Below are positions 10,284-22,100 of a stretch of 61,308 bases of DNA, piece after piece. The position numbers and the translations under genes are program-made. The stretch covers positions 1 to 61,308 of the forward strand of contig JAEOTR010000003.1 of assembly GCA_016839705.1 (NCBI GenBank). Reading direction: 5' to 3'. The notes under the pieces are model-generated. The model saw nothing but the letters and a program-made list of their open reading frames with translations, made no database searches and had not been told where the DNA came from. Origin of the DNA: Promethearchaeota archaeon. GTDB lineage: Archaea; Asgardarchaeota; Lokiarchaeia; Sigyniarchaeales; SOKP01. Numbering within the stretch: the stretch's first letter is position 1; each line of letters begins with the position of its first letter.

Positions 10284-12683
10284 TTATAAACTATGTTCTA
10301 ACCTATCAATAATGTCATTTTGAATTGGAGTGCCAAGATCAATAAAAGTAGCATTATATCCTCCAACTTTTACAATTAAATCTTGATACTCATCAGGATG
10401 TTGTTGTGCATCTTTAAGAGTTTTAGTCGATACAACAGTAGGTTGTAATTGCATCCCCCCTGAATCGAAATATCCCTTTACAATATAGGTGAATTTTTCA
10501 ATATTTTCTTCAGTTTTAATATTTTGAGGATTGATCCTCACATTAACCGCAACACCATTTATCGCTAGGTCATAGTTCAATTTTGCTATAGAATTTAATG
10601 CGGCAGTAAGACCATTCTTCTCCATTTTATTCACAGGAGAAAGACTATTTGATAATGGTTGATTAGCTTTCCTCCCATCTGCAGATGCTTTTGTAAACAA
10701 TCCCTCTATAACATGTATTCCCATAGAATAAGCTCCTGGATTATATCTACCTTCTCTCAAGCATTTATGCTTAGCTACTTCAGAGCAGAACAAGTCCCAC
10801 AACTCTTTCGCACTTAGATCTATTTCCTCTTTATCATTTCCCCATTTATTATATTTGTTTAATAGTTTTTGTCGTAGTTCTTCTTGCTCACTGAAATTTG
10901 AATTAAGAACTTCAATTAGTTTCGGGAGTGAGATAATTTTTTCTTCATAAACAGATTTCTTGACATTATACATTGAATCGACTAAAGTTGCAAATCCGTA
11001 AGCTGTGATTGAGGAGAAGTTATATTGTGCCCCTCCCGCAGTATAATCCATGCCTTTTTCCATACAACCATCAATGATGGCCGACACAAATGGTTGTGGA
11101 AAATGTTTAATGGTCTCTTCATCTCCAATCCTAGCAATTTTAACAGTTTTTTCAATGTTATATTGTAATTGATGGATAAAAGCCGTATAAAATTCCTCAT
11201 ATGTAGAGAAATTTCTAGGATCACCTGTTTCTAAGCCACCTATCTGTTGTGTTAAATTACAATACCCATTGTTTAATGTGAGTTCAAGAACACCTGGAAG
11301 ATTTATAAACATTCTACCCGTAGCAGCAAAAGTATTTCCTTGACTTGTAGGTTCTACACATCCAATTATTGCATAATTACGAGCGTCTTCGGTAGTATAT
11401 CCTCCCTTTATCATTGCAGGAATAATAATCTCGTCATTATAGAAAGCTATTCCAGAAGTTGATCGAAATACTTTTATCGCCTTTTTTAAAAATCTGGGGG
11501 GAGTTTTGTTATGAATTCTGATTGAAAGATCAGTTGTGAGTGCCTTAAGATTCTTATAGGCTTCTAGGAATAAATAGGAAATTTCATTTGTGGTATCGTT
11601 TCCTTTCTGATCTACCCCAGAAATTGTGATTGTTTGGGTATTTTGTCCAAGAGCATTTGCTATTGTGGTATAATCTGTTGGTAATAGTGTTACATTCCAA
11701 GTGAGTTTCAAATTCAATTCTTCAATCAGTTCAAGTGCGAATTCTTTTGTAATGTTATCTTTTTTGATATCCTCTTTATAATATGGCCATAAGATTTGAT
11801 CTAACCTACCTAAAGCAACAACACTTCTCTGATAAATTATATTAATGATGTTCTGGGTGAAATGTATAAGTTGAATTGCTTCATAAAATGAGTTTGGGCT
11901 AGAATGGGTAAATCTCTCCATCATCCTTCCTATTATTTCGAGCTCCTTCTTCTTTTTTTCATTTTTCTCATCCGATGCTTTTTTATAAACAAGTTTAGAG
12001 TATCTCCTCGAAAATTCTATAGCAGCAGTATAAAGTATCTTTATAGCTTCATAGAAATTAAACTTCTCTTCATAGTTGAGATCGTCTATTTTTATTTTTG
12101 ACTGGTATGATTCTGCTTCTTTAAGAATCCCCTTATATCCTAATTTTAGAAGTTTTTCATATCCTACACATATATGACCTTCATTAGTTCCACTTACGAT
12201 AGCAATATTAGGAACAGCTAAAGCAATTCTATTATCTCCTGTAATTAATTTCTCATCTAAGATTCTTTGAGGAATTATATTACTATAAAGAGCTTTTCCT
12301 TTCCAGAAAGGAATAATTTCCAGAAGCTCATTTATATCATTTTCTTCCATAAAGAAGGGTTGCAGTTTTCTCCTAGTGTATTTTTTAATACCTGAGCGTT
12401 TGTTAAAACTTCCATCATACGAATGTAGGTCAAGATTAATTTTTTCACCTAAATTTTTACTAGTTTCATTTCCGACAAGTAGTTCATCTTCTCTAATAAA
12501 AATGGTCATGTGATTTAAAGTATGAGAAACAGCTTTAGCGTTCTTTATGATTTCAGGATCATCCGGAAATTTTTTATAGACTTCAGTGAAAGATTTCGCT
12601 CTTTCAATACATAATTCATATTTACTCGACAAAAGATTCTTTTTCAATCTCCTAGTTCTTCCAAGGCTTTTATCTAAAATCAA
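10284..12683 (-). CDS. Glycyl radical enzyme (PFL-like, GCVEP type), substrate unknown
   Basis: ELLVG, GRLDQILWPYY, GCVEP Cys loop, ASADGR, and C-terminal DLIVKVGGYNATF Gly loop. Confidence 0.9.
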   Translation of the reverse strand: MILDKSLGRTRRLKKNLLSSKYELCIERAKSFTEVYKKFPDDPEIIKNAKAVSHTLNHMTIFIREDELLVGNETSKNLGEKINLDLHSYDGSFNKRSGIKKYTRRKLQPFFMEENDINELLEIIPFWKGKALYSNIIPQRILDEKLITGDNRIALAVPNIAIVSGTNEGHICVGYEKLLKLGYKGILKEAESYQSKIKIDDLNYEEKFNFYEAIKILYTAAIEFSRRYSKLVYKKASDEKNEKKKKELEIIGRMMERFTHSSPNSFYEAIQLIHFTQNIINIIYQRSVVALGRLDQILWPYYKEDIKKDNITKEFALELIEELNLKLTWNVTLLPTDYTTIANALGQNTQTITISGVDQKGNDTTNEISYLFLEAYKNLKALTTDLSIRIHNKTPPRFLKKAIKVFRSTSGIAFYNDEIIIPAMIKGGYTTEDARNYAIIGCVEPTSQGNTFAATGRMFINLPGVLELTLNNGYCNLTQQIGGLETGDPRNFSTYEEFYTAFIHQLQYNIEKTVKIARIGDEETIKHFPQPFVSAIIDGCMEKGMDYTAGGAQYNFSSITAYGFATLVDSMYNVKKSVYEEKIISLPKLIEVLNSNFSEQEELRQKLLNKYNKWGNDKEEIDLSAKELWDLFCSEVAKHKCLREGRYNPGAYSMGIHVIEGLFTKASADGRKANQPLSNSLSPVNKMEKNGLTAALNSIAKLNYDLAINGVAVNVRINPQNIKTEENIEKFTYIVKGYFDSGGMQLQPTVVSTKTLKDAQQHPDEYQDLIVKVGGYNATFIDLGTPIQNDIIDRLEHSL

Positions 12684-12725
12684 GAATTACCATCAACATC
12701 TACATTTTTCTCTTAAAAACTTAAG

Positions 12726-14537
12726 TTATTTAATTCTAAAAAAGACTCGCATATAAAAGATTACAAAGGGTAACATGACTAGCAGGTAAAGAGAAGAACT
12801 GTTTTTATAAAATTTACCTAGAAACAGAACCAGACTCCTAATGTAGTATAGAATAACTCCAGTTAATAAAATAAATAACACGTGAGAAGCAATACCTCCT
12901 AAAATAGGGAACGGAGGAAGTGGAACAAATGCTAAGAAGATTATAATTGTAATAGGTCGTAATACCATTATTATCATAGCATGACGTCCTTTCATCTCTC
13001 TTAAGTATAAATAGTCCATAATCCCCGAACCTAATCCAAGAACTAAATAGGGTACAGAAGAGATGTTGAATATAGGTATTGTAAAACTCATAGTTAATCC
13101 AGTAACTAAATTATACAACAATAAGAAATAGAGTGTAGGGATAACTACAATTGAAAGTGAATATAAAAAGGGAAATAAGTCATTATTTATCCAATTTTTC
13201 CATTCTTGCCTCCAATTAGAGTGTAATTCACTGGGGATGAATAACATAATAATTATTGATATAATCGGGAATCATATGAAGTAACCATAGAGAATCGATT
13301 GATTAAGTAAGGAAAATATAATTCCTGTGATTATTAATGCCCCCATATAACCTGACGTTCGAAAAATTATCATTTTTTTATATCTTTCTTTACCCTCTCG
13401 AGAATTATCTAAATCTTTTTTCATAGGGAGCTTATCCCAATGTGGTAAAATTCTAAATTTTATTACTAATGAACTTAATCCAATGAATAAAATTATTGCC
13501 GATGCGATAACTAAATCCTCTGAAACAGTATTATATGGGTAATTGAAATTAAATAAGGTAATAGAATTGATTTCGCTGTCTAATTTTGTAATATTAATTG
13601 TCTGATTATGGTAATAATGCTCAAACCATGTGATTGCCATTTTCAACGAAGTTTCATCTTTTTCATTTCCTTCATGACCCCGTCTTGGTCTTACTTTCAT
13701 GACAATATCAGTCCGGTTTGAAGGATTTATCTTATCAAAAAAACTCTCTGTATCAGCGGGAAATATTATATTATCTGCTGAACCTTGTAATAGCAATAGA
13801 TTTTGAGTATTATTCTCGTTAGAGAGGTCATATCCATCTTGAATTTCATCAATGTTTATAACGACTATGTTTGATCCTATTAGATATCGAAGGGGAATCC
13901 TATCTGTTAAACTCCCAATATCCGCTAAAGGGTGATAGAGAACTACAACATGAACTCTGTCTTCTAAAGCTTGTAGAATGGCACCAATACCCCCACCATA
14001 TGAAAACCCTAAAACACCAATATGAGAAGTATTTGCATATTGATAATTAGCTTCGATATAATCAATAACTTCAATCATATCATAAGGTTCAACTGCAAGA
14101 AATCCACTGGGACTACCAGATTCTCCATGACCTCTCTGTTCTACCGAAATTACAGCATAACCCAATTTGACATATTGATAAATGATTCCCGTTTTATGTT
14201 CTTTTCTTCCATTGATACCATGAAGAAGCAAGATAGTGGGAATAGAATTTATATCGTTCTCTTTTAAATTTATATCAACATAAATTAGTCCTTCAATAAT
14301 AATTCCATCTCTCATCTGAATTGAGATCGATTCTACATCAATATTTTCATTAGCAAAATAAGTACGTTGTTGCGTTCTTAAAATTACAGCAAAAGAAACA
14401 GAAATTATGGTTAAAATTACACTCACGGATAAGAATAGAATTCCTATATACCTAATTAATAGTTTTTTTTCAATTCTATTCTTTATTTTTTCTAGGCTCT
14501 TTCCAAGTTTCTCTCTTCTGTTCACTATAATATACAC
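12726..14537 (-). pseudogene. Membrane-anchored alpha/beta hydrolase with C-terminal multi-TM region, split by one in-frame TGA (13272-13274)
   Basis: LLLHG, EQRGHGES, GFSYGG nucleophile elbow, GSADNII, GHEG; ORFs 13272..14537 and 12726..13247 share a frame and read YFI*FPIISIIIMLFIP. Confidence 0.65.
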
Positions 14538-14648
14538 ACAGTCAGAGTTTTATAAAAACAAAATTATTATTGCCTATTAACCAAGTGTTTATAATTATAA
14601 ATGAATATTTATGACTTATATTTGATTTGAAATAAGAGGAATATTACA

Positions 14649-14906
14649 ATGACAGCAGTAACTTGTGCTGAATGTGAAAAGGAGGCGGTTTCCAATTGTG
14701 CGATATGTGGAAAACCTTTATGCCAAGATCACATAAAACATGGACTTTCCAAGAGAACTAATGCTCCTGCTGTTAATTGTGCGAATTGTCAAAAGAAATT
14801 CCCAAAAAAGGTAAGAAAATATAGCTTGATAATGGCTGCTGGACTTAGTGTTGCATCAATCATTTTAATAATCTACTTAAGCACGATTATTCCTTTTTTA
14901 ATATAA
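14649..14906 (+). CDS. Small zinc-finger protein with C-terminal membrane anchor
   Basis: CAEC, CAIC..LC..H and CANC motifs, then a basic stretch and a hydrophobic helix; GAGGA SD. Confidence 0.7.
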   Translation: MTAVTCAECEKEAVSNCAICGKPLCQDHIKHGLSKRTNAPAVNCANCQKKFPKKVRKYSLIMAAGLSVASIILIIYLSTIIPFLI

Positions 14907-14947
14907 TTATTCTTTAATTTTAATTAATTTTTAATGGTGAATGTAAT

Positions 14948-15463
14948 TTGGAAGGTAAAAAAGCCTCAGATTCAAAAGTAGAAATAGCTCAGGTTATGAT
15001 GCCTGAACACTCTAATGCTGCGGGAAATGTACATGGGGGATATATTTTGAAATTGGTAGATCAAGCAGGTGCTATAGTAGCAGCAAGGCATACTCATAGT
15101 AATATAGTGACCGCAAGTTTGGATCGAATGGATTTTATTTCACCTGTTTATGTTGGAAATTTAGTATTCGCTAAAGCTTCAGTTAACTTCGTATCGAATA
15201 CATCAATGGAAATCGGTGTAAGGGTAGAAGCAGAATGCTTAAGAACTGGAACTCATACCCATGTTGGATCTGCCTACTTAACTTTTGTTGCTTTAGATAA
15301 AAACGATAAACCAACTATGGTTCCTAAGCTCATTTTAGAAACTGAAGATGATAAGCGTAGGTTTGAAGAGGCTAAAAACAGAAGAGAATTACGATTACAA
15401 CAAGTTAAAAAACATAAGCATATCCAACAACCTAGTATCGTTCGACCTGAGAAACTAAATTAA
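14948..15463 (+). CDS. Acyl-CoA thioesterase (hotdog fold, YciA-like)
   Basis: NAAGNVHGGYILKLVD, VTASLD, TSMEIGVRVEAE, AYLTFVALD. Confidence 0.9.
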   Translation: MEGKKASDSKVEIAQVMMPEHSNAAGNVHGGYILKLVDQAGAIVAARHTHSNIVTASLDRMDFISPVYVGNLVFAKASVNFVSNTSMEIGVRVEAECLRTGTHTHVGSAYLTFVALDKNDKPTMVPKLILETEDDKRRFEEAKNRRELRLQQVKKHKHIQQPSIVRPEKLN

Positions 15464-15628
15464 ATATATCCTAACGGTATTTCTCTTATCTTATTATAAT
15501 TTACCCAAATTATCTTATAATCAAGGTTTTACAAAACTGTCATTTCTATTTTCATAAACATTTTTAAACTATTCTGTCATAACGTAATATTATAAAATAT
15601 TTTTTTCACCTTTTCTGGTAATTAATCT

Positions 15629-17149
15629 ATGTTATTTCAAGTTTATGGCACCCCAGGTTTTGGAATTACAATCTTCGACCTTATACACTATTCATACATA
15701 ATCTTCATCATACTGATGATGATAAATTCAATTAAACAAAAAATTAAACATACAATTAAGATCACATGGGGATTATACATTCTGATAAACTTTTTTTTAC
15801 CACTCATTTTTGGGATTGGATCCTTCCCATTTTCTCTTCTTTGGCAAGGTGAAATCTATGGATATGAAAGGATTTATAGTCCACAAACAGGATGGGTTAG
15901 TATATTCGCTATATATTTTTATGGTATATTCGAACCTTTAGCAGCTATATTAGTCACAATCCTTTCCTCAACGATTGGCAAAAAGAAAAGAAGAAGGGTA
16001 AAATCTCTTAGAGCACCATCGCTTATAAAGACTTTTCCATTAGATAGAGAGTTAATTTTCATAAGTTATGCAACAGTGGATTCAGATTTTTTCCAGATTC
16101 CGAAACTTACGAAGATTCTAACTAGCTACCCAGAAATTAACGAAATATTATATTGGGAATCTGATATGCATGATGATATTTACCAATACATGGATGAGAA
16201 TTTGAAACAATGTAAAGTTGTTCTTGTTTTTTGCTCTAAAAATTCACTCTACTCAGAAGCAGTTAAAATGGAATGGCGTTCTGCCTTGAAAATGGATAAA
16301 AAAATCATCCCAATATTTGTTGAACCTGATGATTTACCTGCATTACTCTCGACCAAGTTAGGGATCCAATATAATGAAGACGATCCATATTCATCGATAG
16401 AAGATATATATCAGATGATTCTAAGAAAATTAGAAATGAATTCTTTTAGGGAGTTTACGAGGTTTATTATACCGAAGTGGATTACCGAAAAAGATTTCGA
16501 AGAACAAAATCCCGAAACAACAACACAATCAATGGTTTTTGATAGCGATGAATCAATAAAAGATTTAGGGAAAATAATTGCCCTAACTCTCCAAGAAAAT
16601 AATTTTTTCGTTCCTGGCTTGAAAGATTTGGGAGAAAAAATAAGAAAGAAAAAGGACTCGGTCCCAGAATCTGTTGTTCAAGATTTTAACCAATTTAATT
16701 GTTTTGCTGAATTGAAAGATGAACCAGAAGACATTGCATTATCAGTTAGAATCCAAGAAATATCAGAAAGCATATCAAAAGTGTTTATAAATGCCAGAGG
16801 GAAACGAACTTGGGTATTGGATGAGATCTTAAAAGATCTCCAACTAAAATTGATAGATTTAAAAAGTACAAATGAACTTTTACGAAATAATTTAGAAAAG
16901 ATTACTTCCTTATTAACCCAAATGAAAGATGTTGAAAGATTCCTTAGGAAGAATCTTGGGTCGGATATTAAACAAGTAGAATCGTTACTCTCTCAATATA
17001 ATGATGAGATAATTGAAAAAGAGGAACTTATTATAAAAGGAACACAATTAATAGGAAAGAATTTTATTACTGTATTCCTCAAAAATATCCCATTAATATT
17101 GAAAGAAAGCAAAAAGACACCTGTTGAAAAACCCCCTCTTCAATTTTAA
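15629..17149 (+). CDS. Three-TM membrane protein with cytoplasmic TIR domain and conserved C-terminal domain
   Basis: Three hydrophobic helices, then KKKRRR; IFISYA...YWESDM...VLVFCSKNSLYSEAVKMEW..AL...KKIIPIF is a TIR pattern. Confidence 0.85.
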   Translation: MLFQVYGTPGFGITIFDLIHYSYIIFIILMMINSIKQKIKHTIKITWGLYILINFFLPLIFGIGSFPFSLLWQGEIYGYERIYSPQTGWVSIFAIYFYGIFEPLAAILVTILSSTIGKKKRRRVKSLRAPSLIKTFPLDRELIFISYATVDSDFFQIPKLTKILTSYPEINEILYWESDMHDDIYQYMDENLKQCKVVLVFCSKNSLYSEAVKMEWRSALKMDKKIIPIFVEPDDLPALLSTKLGIQYNEDDPYSSIEDIYQMILRKLEMNSFREFTRFIIPKWITEKDFEEQNPETTTQSMVFDSDESIKDLGKIIALTLQENNFFVPGLKDLGEKIRKKKDSVPESVVQDFNQFNCFAELKDEPEDIALSVRIQEISESISKVFINARGKRTWVLDEILKDLQLKLIDLKSTNELLRNNLEKITSLLTQMKDVERFLRKNLGSDIKQVESLLSQYNDEIIEKEELIIKGTQLIGKNFITVFLKNIPLILKESKKTPVEKPPLQF

Positions 17150-17190
17150 TATCTTTTTGTTCTGAAGTTTTTTATATAAAATATAATGGA

Positions 17191-17499
17191 TTAATCTCGA
17201 ATTGCTAGCACAACTAAATCTTCTAAGCTTCGAATACCTCTAGGTTCATTTTCATTTAATGAAATATAATCATTTTCTCCTAATTCTTTTTCTCCTGAAC
17301 CAGTTGTAAATACTCCCCTTCCTTTTAAGACAAAGAACACAACAACGTGAGATCCTTGATGTGGGAGGATCGCTAAACCTTTTTTAAGTGAAATTCGCAT
17401 TATTTTAAAACCACCTGATTTATAAATCAAATCTTTAGCAGGAGTATCCATCAAAAATTTCTGGTCATCAAAGATATTCTTTATTCCTATAACTATCAC
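17191..17499 (-). CDS. Cupin domain protein
   Basis: LKKGLAILPHQ...FFVLKGRG...L.ENDYISLNENEPRGI; start uncertain because the GTG lies inside the SD. Confidence 0.75.
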   Translation of the reverse strand: MIVIGIKNIFDDQKFLMDTPAKDLIYKSGGFKIMRISLKKGLAILPHQGSHVVVFFVLKGRGVFTTGSGEKELGENDYISLNENEPRGIRSLEDLVVLAIRD

Positions 17500-17633
17500 C
17501 TTTCTTTTGATTAAATTATAATGAAATTTTAATAAAATAACCTAACCTTATATTTAATTAATCTTATTCCCAGAAAATGTAACTATTTATAAAAATAAAA
17601 ATAAGATAATTTATAATACTGAGGGAACTTGAA

Positions 17634-18959
17634 GTGGAAGAAGTTTATAAAAAACCAAAGCTAAAGCGTAGAGTCTCTTTATTTGCTCTAACGGTTTATG
17701 GTGTAGGTAATGTATTAGGGGCAGGGATATATTCCTTAATTGGTGAAGTTGTAGGGATAACGGGGAACCTCTCATGGCTAGCTTTCATTATAGCATCTAT
17801 AACTGGAGCGTTAACGGGATTATCATACGCCGAACTTTCAGCAATGTACCCTAAAAGCGCTGCAGAATTTGTTTATACTGAAGAAGCATTTAAAAAAAGG
17901 ATTCTATCATTTATTTTAGGGTGGATAATCATCTTTTCAGGAATACTCTCAGCAGCCACTGTCGCATTAGCTTTTGGAGGATATTTATCTGGATTAATTG
18001 GAATACCCTCTATATATTTAAACATTATTTTCGCAATCATACTCGTAGTAATTCTTAGTGTAATAAATTTAATCGGTATTAAATCATCAACGCGAACTAA
18101 TATAATTTTTACGTTAATTGAGGCATCAGGTTTAATTATTATAATTATTATTGGGATACCCTCTTTTGGAACAGTTGATTATTTTGCGCTTCCAACAGCC
18201 TCAACTTTTACAGCCATTTTTTCCTCGATTGCTCTCATATTTTTTGCTTATATAGGATTCGAAGATATTGCCAATATTGCTGAAGAAGTAAAAGAGCCTC
18301 ATAAAAACCTCCCTAAAGCAATAATTTATTCAATCATTATTACTACTGTAGTCTATTGCCTTACTGCAATTTCAGTAGTGAGTATATTAGACTATAATGT
18401 AATAGCTGCTTCTGAAGCACCACTTAATGAGGTTGCTGCAGAAGTATTAGGTCCGATTGGTGGTATAATCATGTCTTCAATTGCACTATTTGCTACAGCT
18501 AATACAGTCCTCATTATGTTGATTGTGACGTCCCGTATGATGTATGGGATGGCAAGAGATAAAGCACTACCAGATGGTCTTAGTAGAATATCCTCAAAAT
18601 TTAGAACCCCAATGATTGCTGTAATTGTTACTACTTGTTTTACAGTAGTCCCAATCTTATTTGGGGATATTTCATTAGTCGCTCATGCAACCGTTTTTGG
18701 TGTGCTCATCAATTTTATTCTTGTTAACCTTAGTTTGATAGTTTTGCGTAAAACAAAACCAGATATTGAAAGACCATTCAAACTGAAACCAAATATTAAA
18801 TGGGTTCCAATAATCGCTTTATTAGGTTCTATTATATGTTTTACTTTGTTGTTTACTTTTGATTGGGTAGTTCTTCTTATTCAAGCAATTATAATTCTCT
18901 GTGGTATTAGCGTCTTTTATGGGATGAAATCAAAAATAGAGATAAAAACTAGAAAATAA
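17634..18959 (+). CDS. APC-family amino acid permease
   Basis: GNVLGAGIY, SYAELSAMYP, FFAYIGFE..AEEVKEP, SRMMYGMARD. Confidence 0.9.
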   Translation: MEEVYKKPKLKRRVSLFALTVYGVGNVLGAGIYSLIGEVVGITGNLSWLAFIIASITGALTGLSYAELSAMYPKSAAEFVYTEEAFKKRILSFILGWIIIFSGILSAATVALAFGGYLSGLIGIPSIYLNIIFAIILVVILSVINLIGIKSSTRTNIIFTLIEASGLIIIIIIGIPSFGTVDYFALPTASTFTAIFSSIALIFFAYIGFEDIANIAEEVKEPHKNLPKAIIYSIIITTVVYCLTAISVVSILDYNVIAASEAPLNEVAAEVLGPIGGIIMSSIALFATANTVLIMLIVTSRMMYGMARDKALPDGLSRISSKFRTPMIAVIVTTCFTVVPILFGDISLVAHATVFGVLINFILVNLSLIVLRKTKPDIERPFKLKPNIKWVPIIALLGSIICFTLLFTFDWVVLLIQAIIILCGISVFYGMKSKIEIKTRK

Positions 18960-19101
18960 ATTAGTTTTCGATTTCTTACTTTTTTGTATGTAGAATTCCT
19001 TATAGTATATTAAATTGTAAATCTTTTTAAACAATTATATCAAAGTTAATACTTAACAATCCAAAATATTACAATATTGTGAAAATTAACACAAATCTCT
19101 A

Positions 19102-22100
19102 ATGGTTATGATGAATGTCAATATTATCACACCTCAATTTAACGAAAGAAGTAGGAAAAATCTAACTCAGAAATCATACATCAAAAAAATTATCTCTTTT
19201 TCAATTATTCTATTGCTATGTTTTTCAATTAACATTCCAAATTTCTTAAGAGAATCTGGCAGTAGGCAGATAAGGGAAGATCATTCCATTGAAGAAATTT
19301 ATCTTAAATCAAGCAATCAGGGGGATCAAATGTTTAAATTCATATATGGTATTACAAATGGACCTCTTAATCTCGATCCTCATGATGCTTGGGACAAAGT
19401 TTCTTATGATGTAATTGAACAAGTATGTGAAGGATTGTTTTCTGATGACCTCAGTACTCCTGAAGCAGATATCATACCAAACTTAGCAAATGAAACCGGT
19501 ACTTGGATGATAAATGCTACAGATACATGGTATACTGTTTCGCTTAGATCTAACGTAACATTCCATGATGGAACTAAATTTAATGCAACTGCTGTCCAAT
19601 TTAGTTTTGATCGACTAGCTTATTTATTAAATTTCACTGGGACATTACCAGCAAGTGTTGAAACAAGCAGACTTACCGTTGTATATACTTGGGGTGACGG
19701 CACTCCTATCATCAACCATACTGAGATTATTGATGAATTTACAATTAAATTTGTTTTAACAAGACCGTATGCTGCCCTTCCAAGTTTATTATGCTTTTGG
19801 GCTTCATATATCTTATCACCTACCTCAACCAATGCGACTGGTTATATTGATACATTTACAGGAGATCTTGTTGGGACGGGGCCATTTGTATATGACGAAT
19901 ATATATCCGGAGAGGAAGTAAGACTTCATGCCTACGATGATTATTGGAAAGGAAAATCTCAGATAGAACTGCTTACATTTAAAATTGTCACAGATCCGGT
20001 TCAAGCATTAACTTCAGGTGAAGTTGATATGATAAATAATCTATATATTAATATGGTAAGCACCTTAGAAGCAGATCCTAACATTAACGTTGTAGATGTT
20101 GGAAATGGTAGTGTTATATATTTTATGCAAATGAATAATAAACTCCTAAATAGAACTTGGAGAGAAGCTATTTCATACACTGTCAATTACTCATATATTC
20201 TTGATGTCTTATGGCAAGGAAGATATAATAGATTACGTAGCCCACTTCCTGATGGTGTGCTATACGCTAATAATACTAACAAAGTAGCAACGTTTAACAT
20301 ATCATATGCTCGGAGTGTTATGCAATCTATGGGTTATGGAATAGGGTGGGATACGGATTACCCTGGGGTTGATGAGACACTATGGACTTCTTCCACATTT
20401 GCTATAGATGAATTTGGTGTCTCTATAGATTTAAATTTGTTCCCAAACAGTCAATTTAATTCTCTTCTAAATTCTTTACTGATGTCAGATTTATCAAAAA
20501 TAGGTATCGATCTCAGCGAAACAGAAAGATCTTTGAATGATCTCCAAATAGCTGGAGGAAGTAATCCAGATGAATTAGGTCTTTGGATCTTGGGTTGGGG
20601 TGCTGATAGCTATGATCCATCTCACATCATCGATCCTTTCTTTTCTAATGAATCTATATATTCCACTAATCATGCTCAAGTTAATGATTCATACCTTCAA
20701 AATCTCATTGATAATGGGTTAACTGAAACAAACCCAGCTGCTAGAAAAGCAATCTATGATGAAATTCAAAGATATCTTGTTGAGGATAGTATGCCTTGGG
20801 TGTTCCTAGGTATAAATCGTGTATTCGATGCTTATTATGATTATGCTCTTGGATATCAATCAAATTCATTTGGTCGGGTTAATTTATATACAGTATCACA
20901 GAATAGTACCCTATATCCTGGAAGAATATATTTAAATGGAGATCAAGAATGGGATTATTTAAAAACGTTCGGGAAATGTACAGGTTCTGGCACTGCTATT
21001 GATCCTTACATAATTAGGGATTTAGTTATAAACTGTCAAAATCGATCTCAGAGTGGGATTTTAATTGAGAATTCAGATGTGTTTGTTGAAATAAGAAATT
21101 GTACAATATATAATTCAACAGGAGCAGGAATTGAATTTAATAATGTGAGTAATTCCAAAATAATTGGGAATAATTGTTCAAATAATAGTTTTGGAATATT
21201 GTTGGATCTTAATTCAATTAATAATGAAATTTCTACTAATCTTATAGATACTAACAGCCAATATGGAATCATTTTGAATAATGCTCAAAATAACCTTGTT
21301 TTTAATAATACAGTAATTTGGAATAATGTCAATGCATACGATAATGGAACTAATAATGACTGGGATAATGGAGCTATGGGTAATTACTGGAGTGATTATG
21401 ATGGAGTTGATGATGACAATGATGGTATAGGTGATACTCCTTATACCATTCCGGGATCTTCAGGGAGACAAGATAATTTTCCACTATATGACAGGTATTT
21501 TGTTCCCGGCATTCAGGTCTATGTAGCCCCAGATCAAATAATTAAAGTAGGGATTTTAGGTGATCCGAGTCATATTTCCTGTGAACATGCTTGGAAAGGC
21601 GCAGTTCTTGCAGCAAAAGAAATTAATGAAGCTGGGGGGATTTTAATAAATGGAAGTGTATTTTATATAGGTCTTATTTCACAGAATACGTTTGAAGCGG
21701 AAGAAAATCTCGATACAACTAAAGGGATTAATGCTGCGACAAATTTAATTTCAACTTATGATCCTGATTTTATCATAGGAGGACTGAAATATCAATCTGT
21801 ATCAGCGTATCTTGAACCAATTATGGATGCTCAAATACCCTTTCTCCCAACAATTGTTTCTATTGACAATTTCACCCAAAATGTCTTGGATAATTATGAT
21901 CGGTATAAATATTTCTTCAGTCATACACATAACAATTCTGAAATAGCTAGAGAACTCATAACTTTTCAGGTTTATCTAACCTCACTATTATCTTTCACTA
22001 TAGGTCGGTCGGTAGATAAAATAGCAATTCTTCATGATGGTCAAGGTTTATGGCCCGCATTTTTTGATTTTGTAAAATCAAATTTTCTCCCTTTGTATGG

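Noticed and set aside
12684-12725. SECIS element for the TGA at 13272
   Set aside because: The 42-nt downstream spacer shows no stable stem-loop, and the TGA is in a TM helix rather than a redox motif
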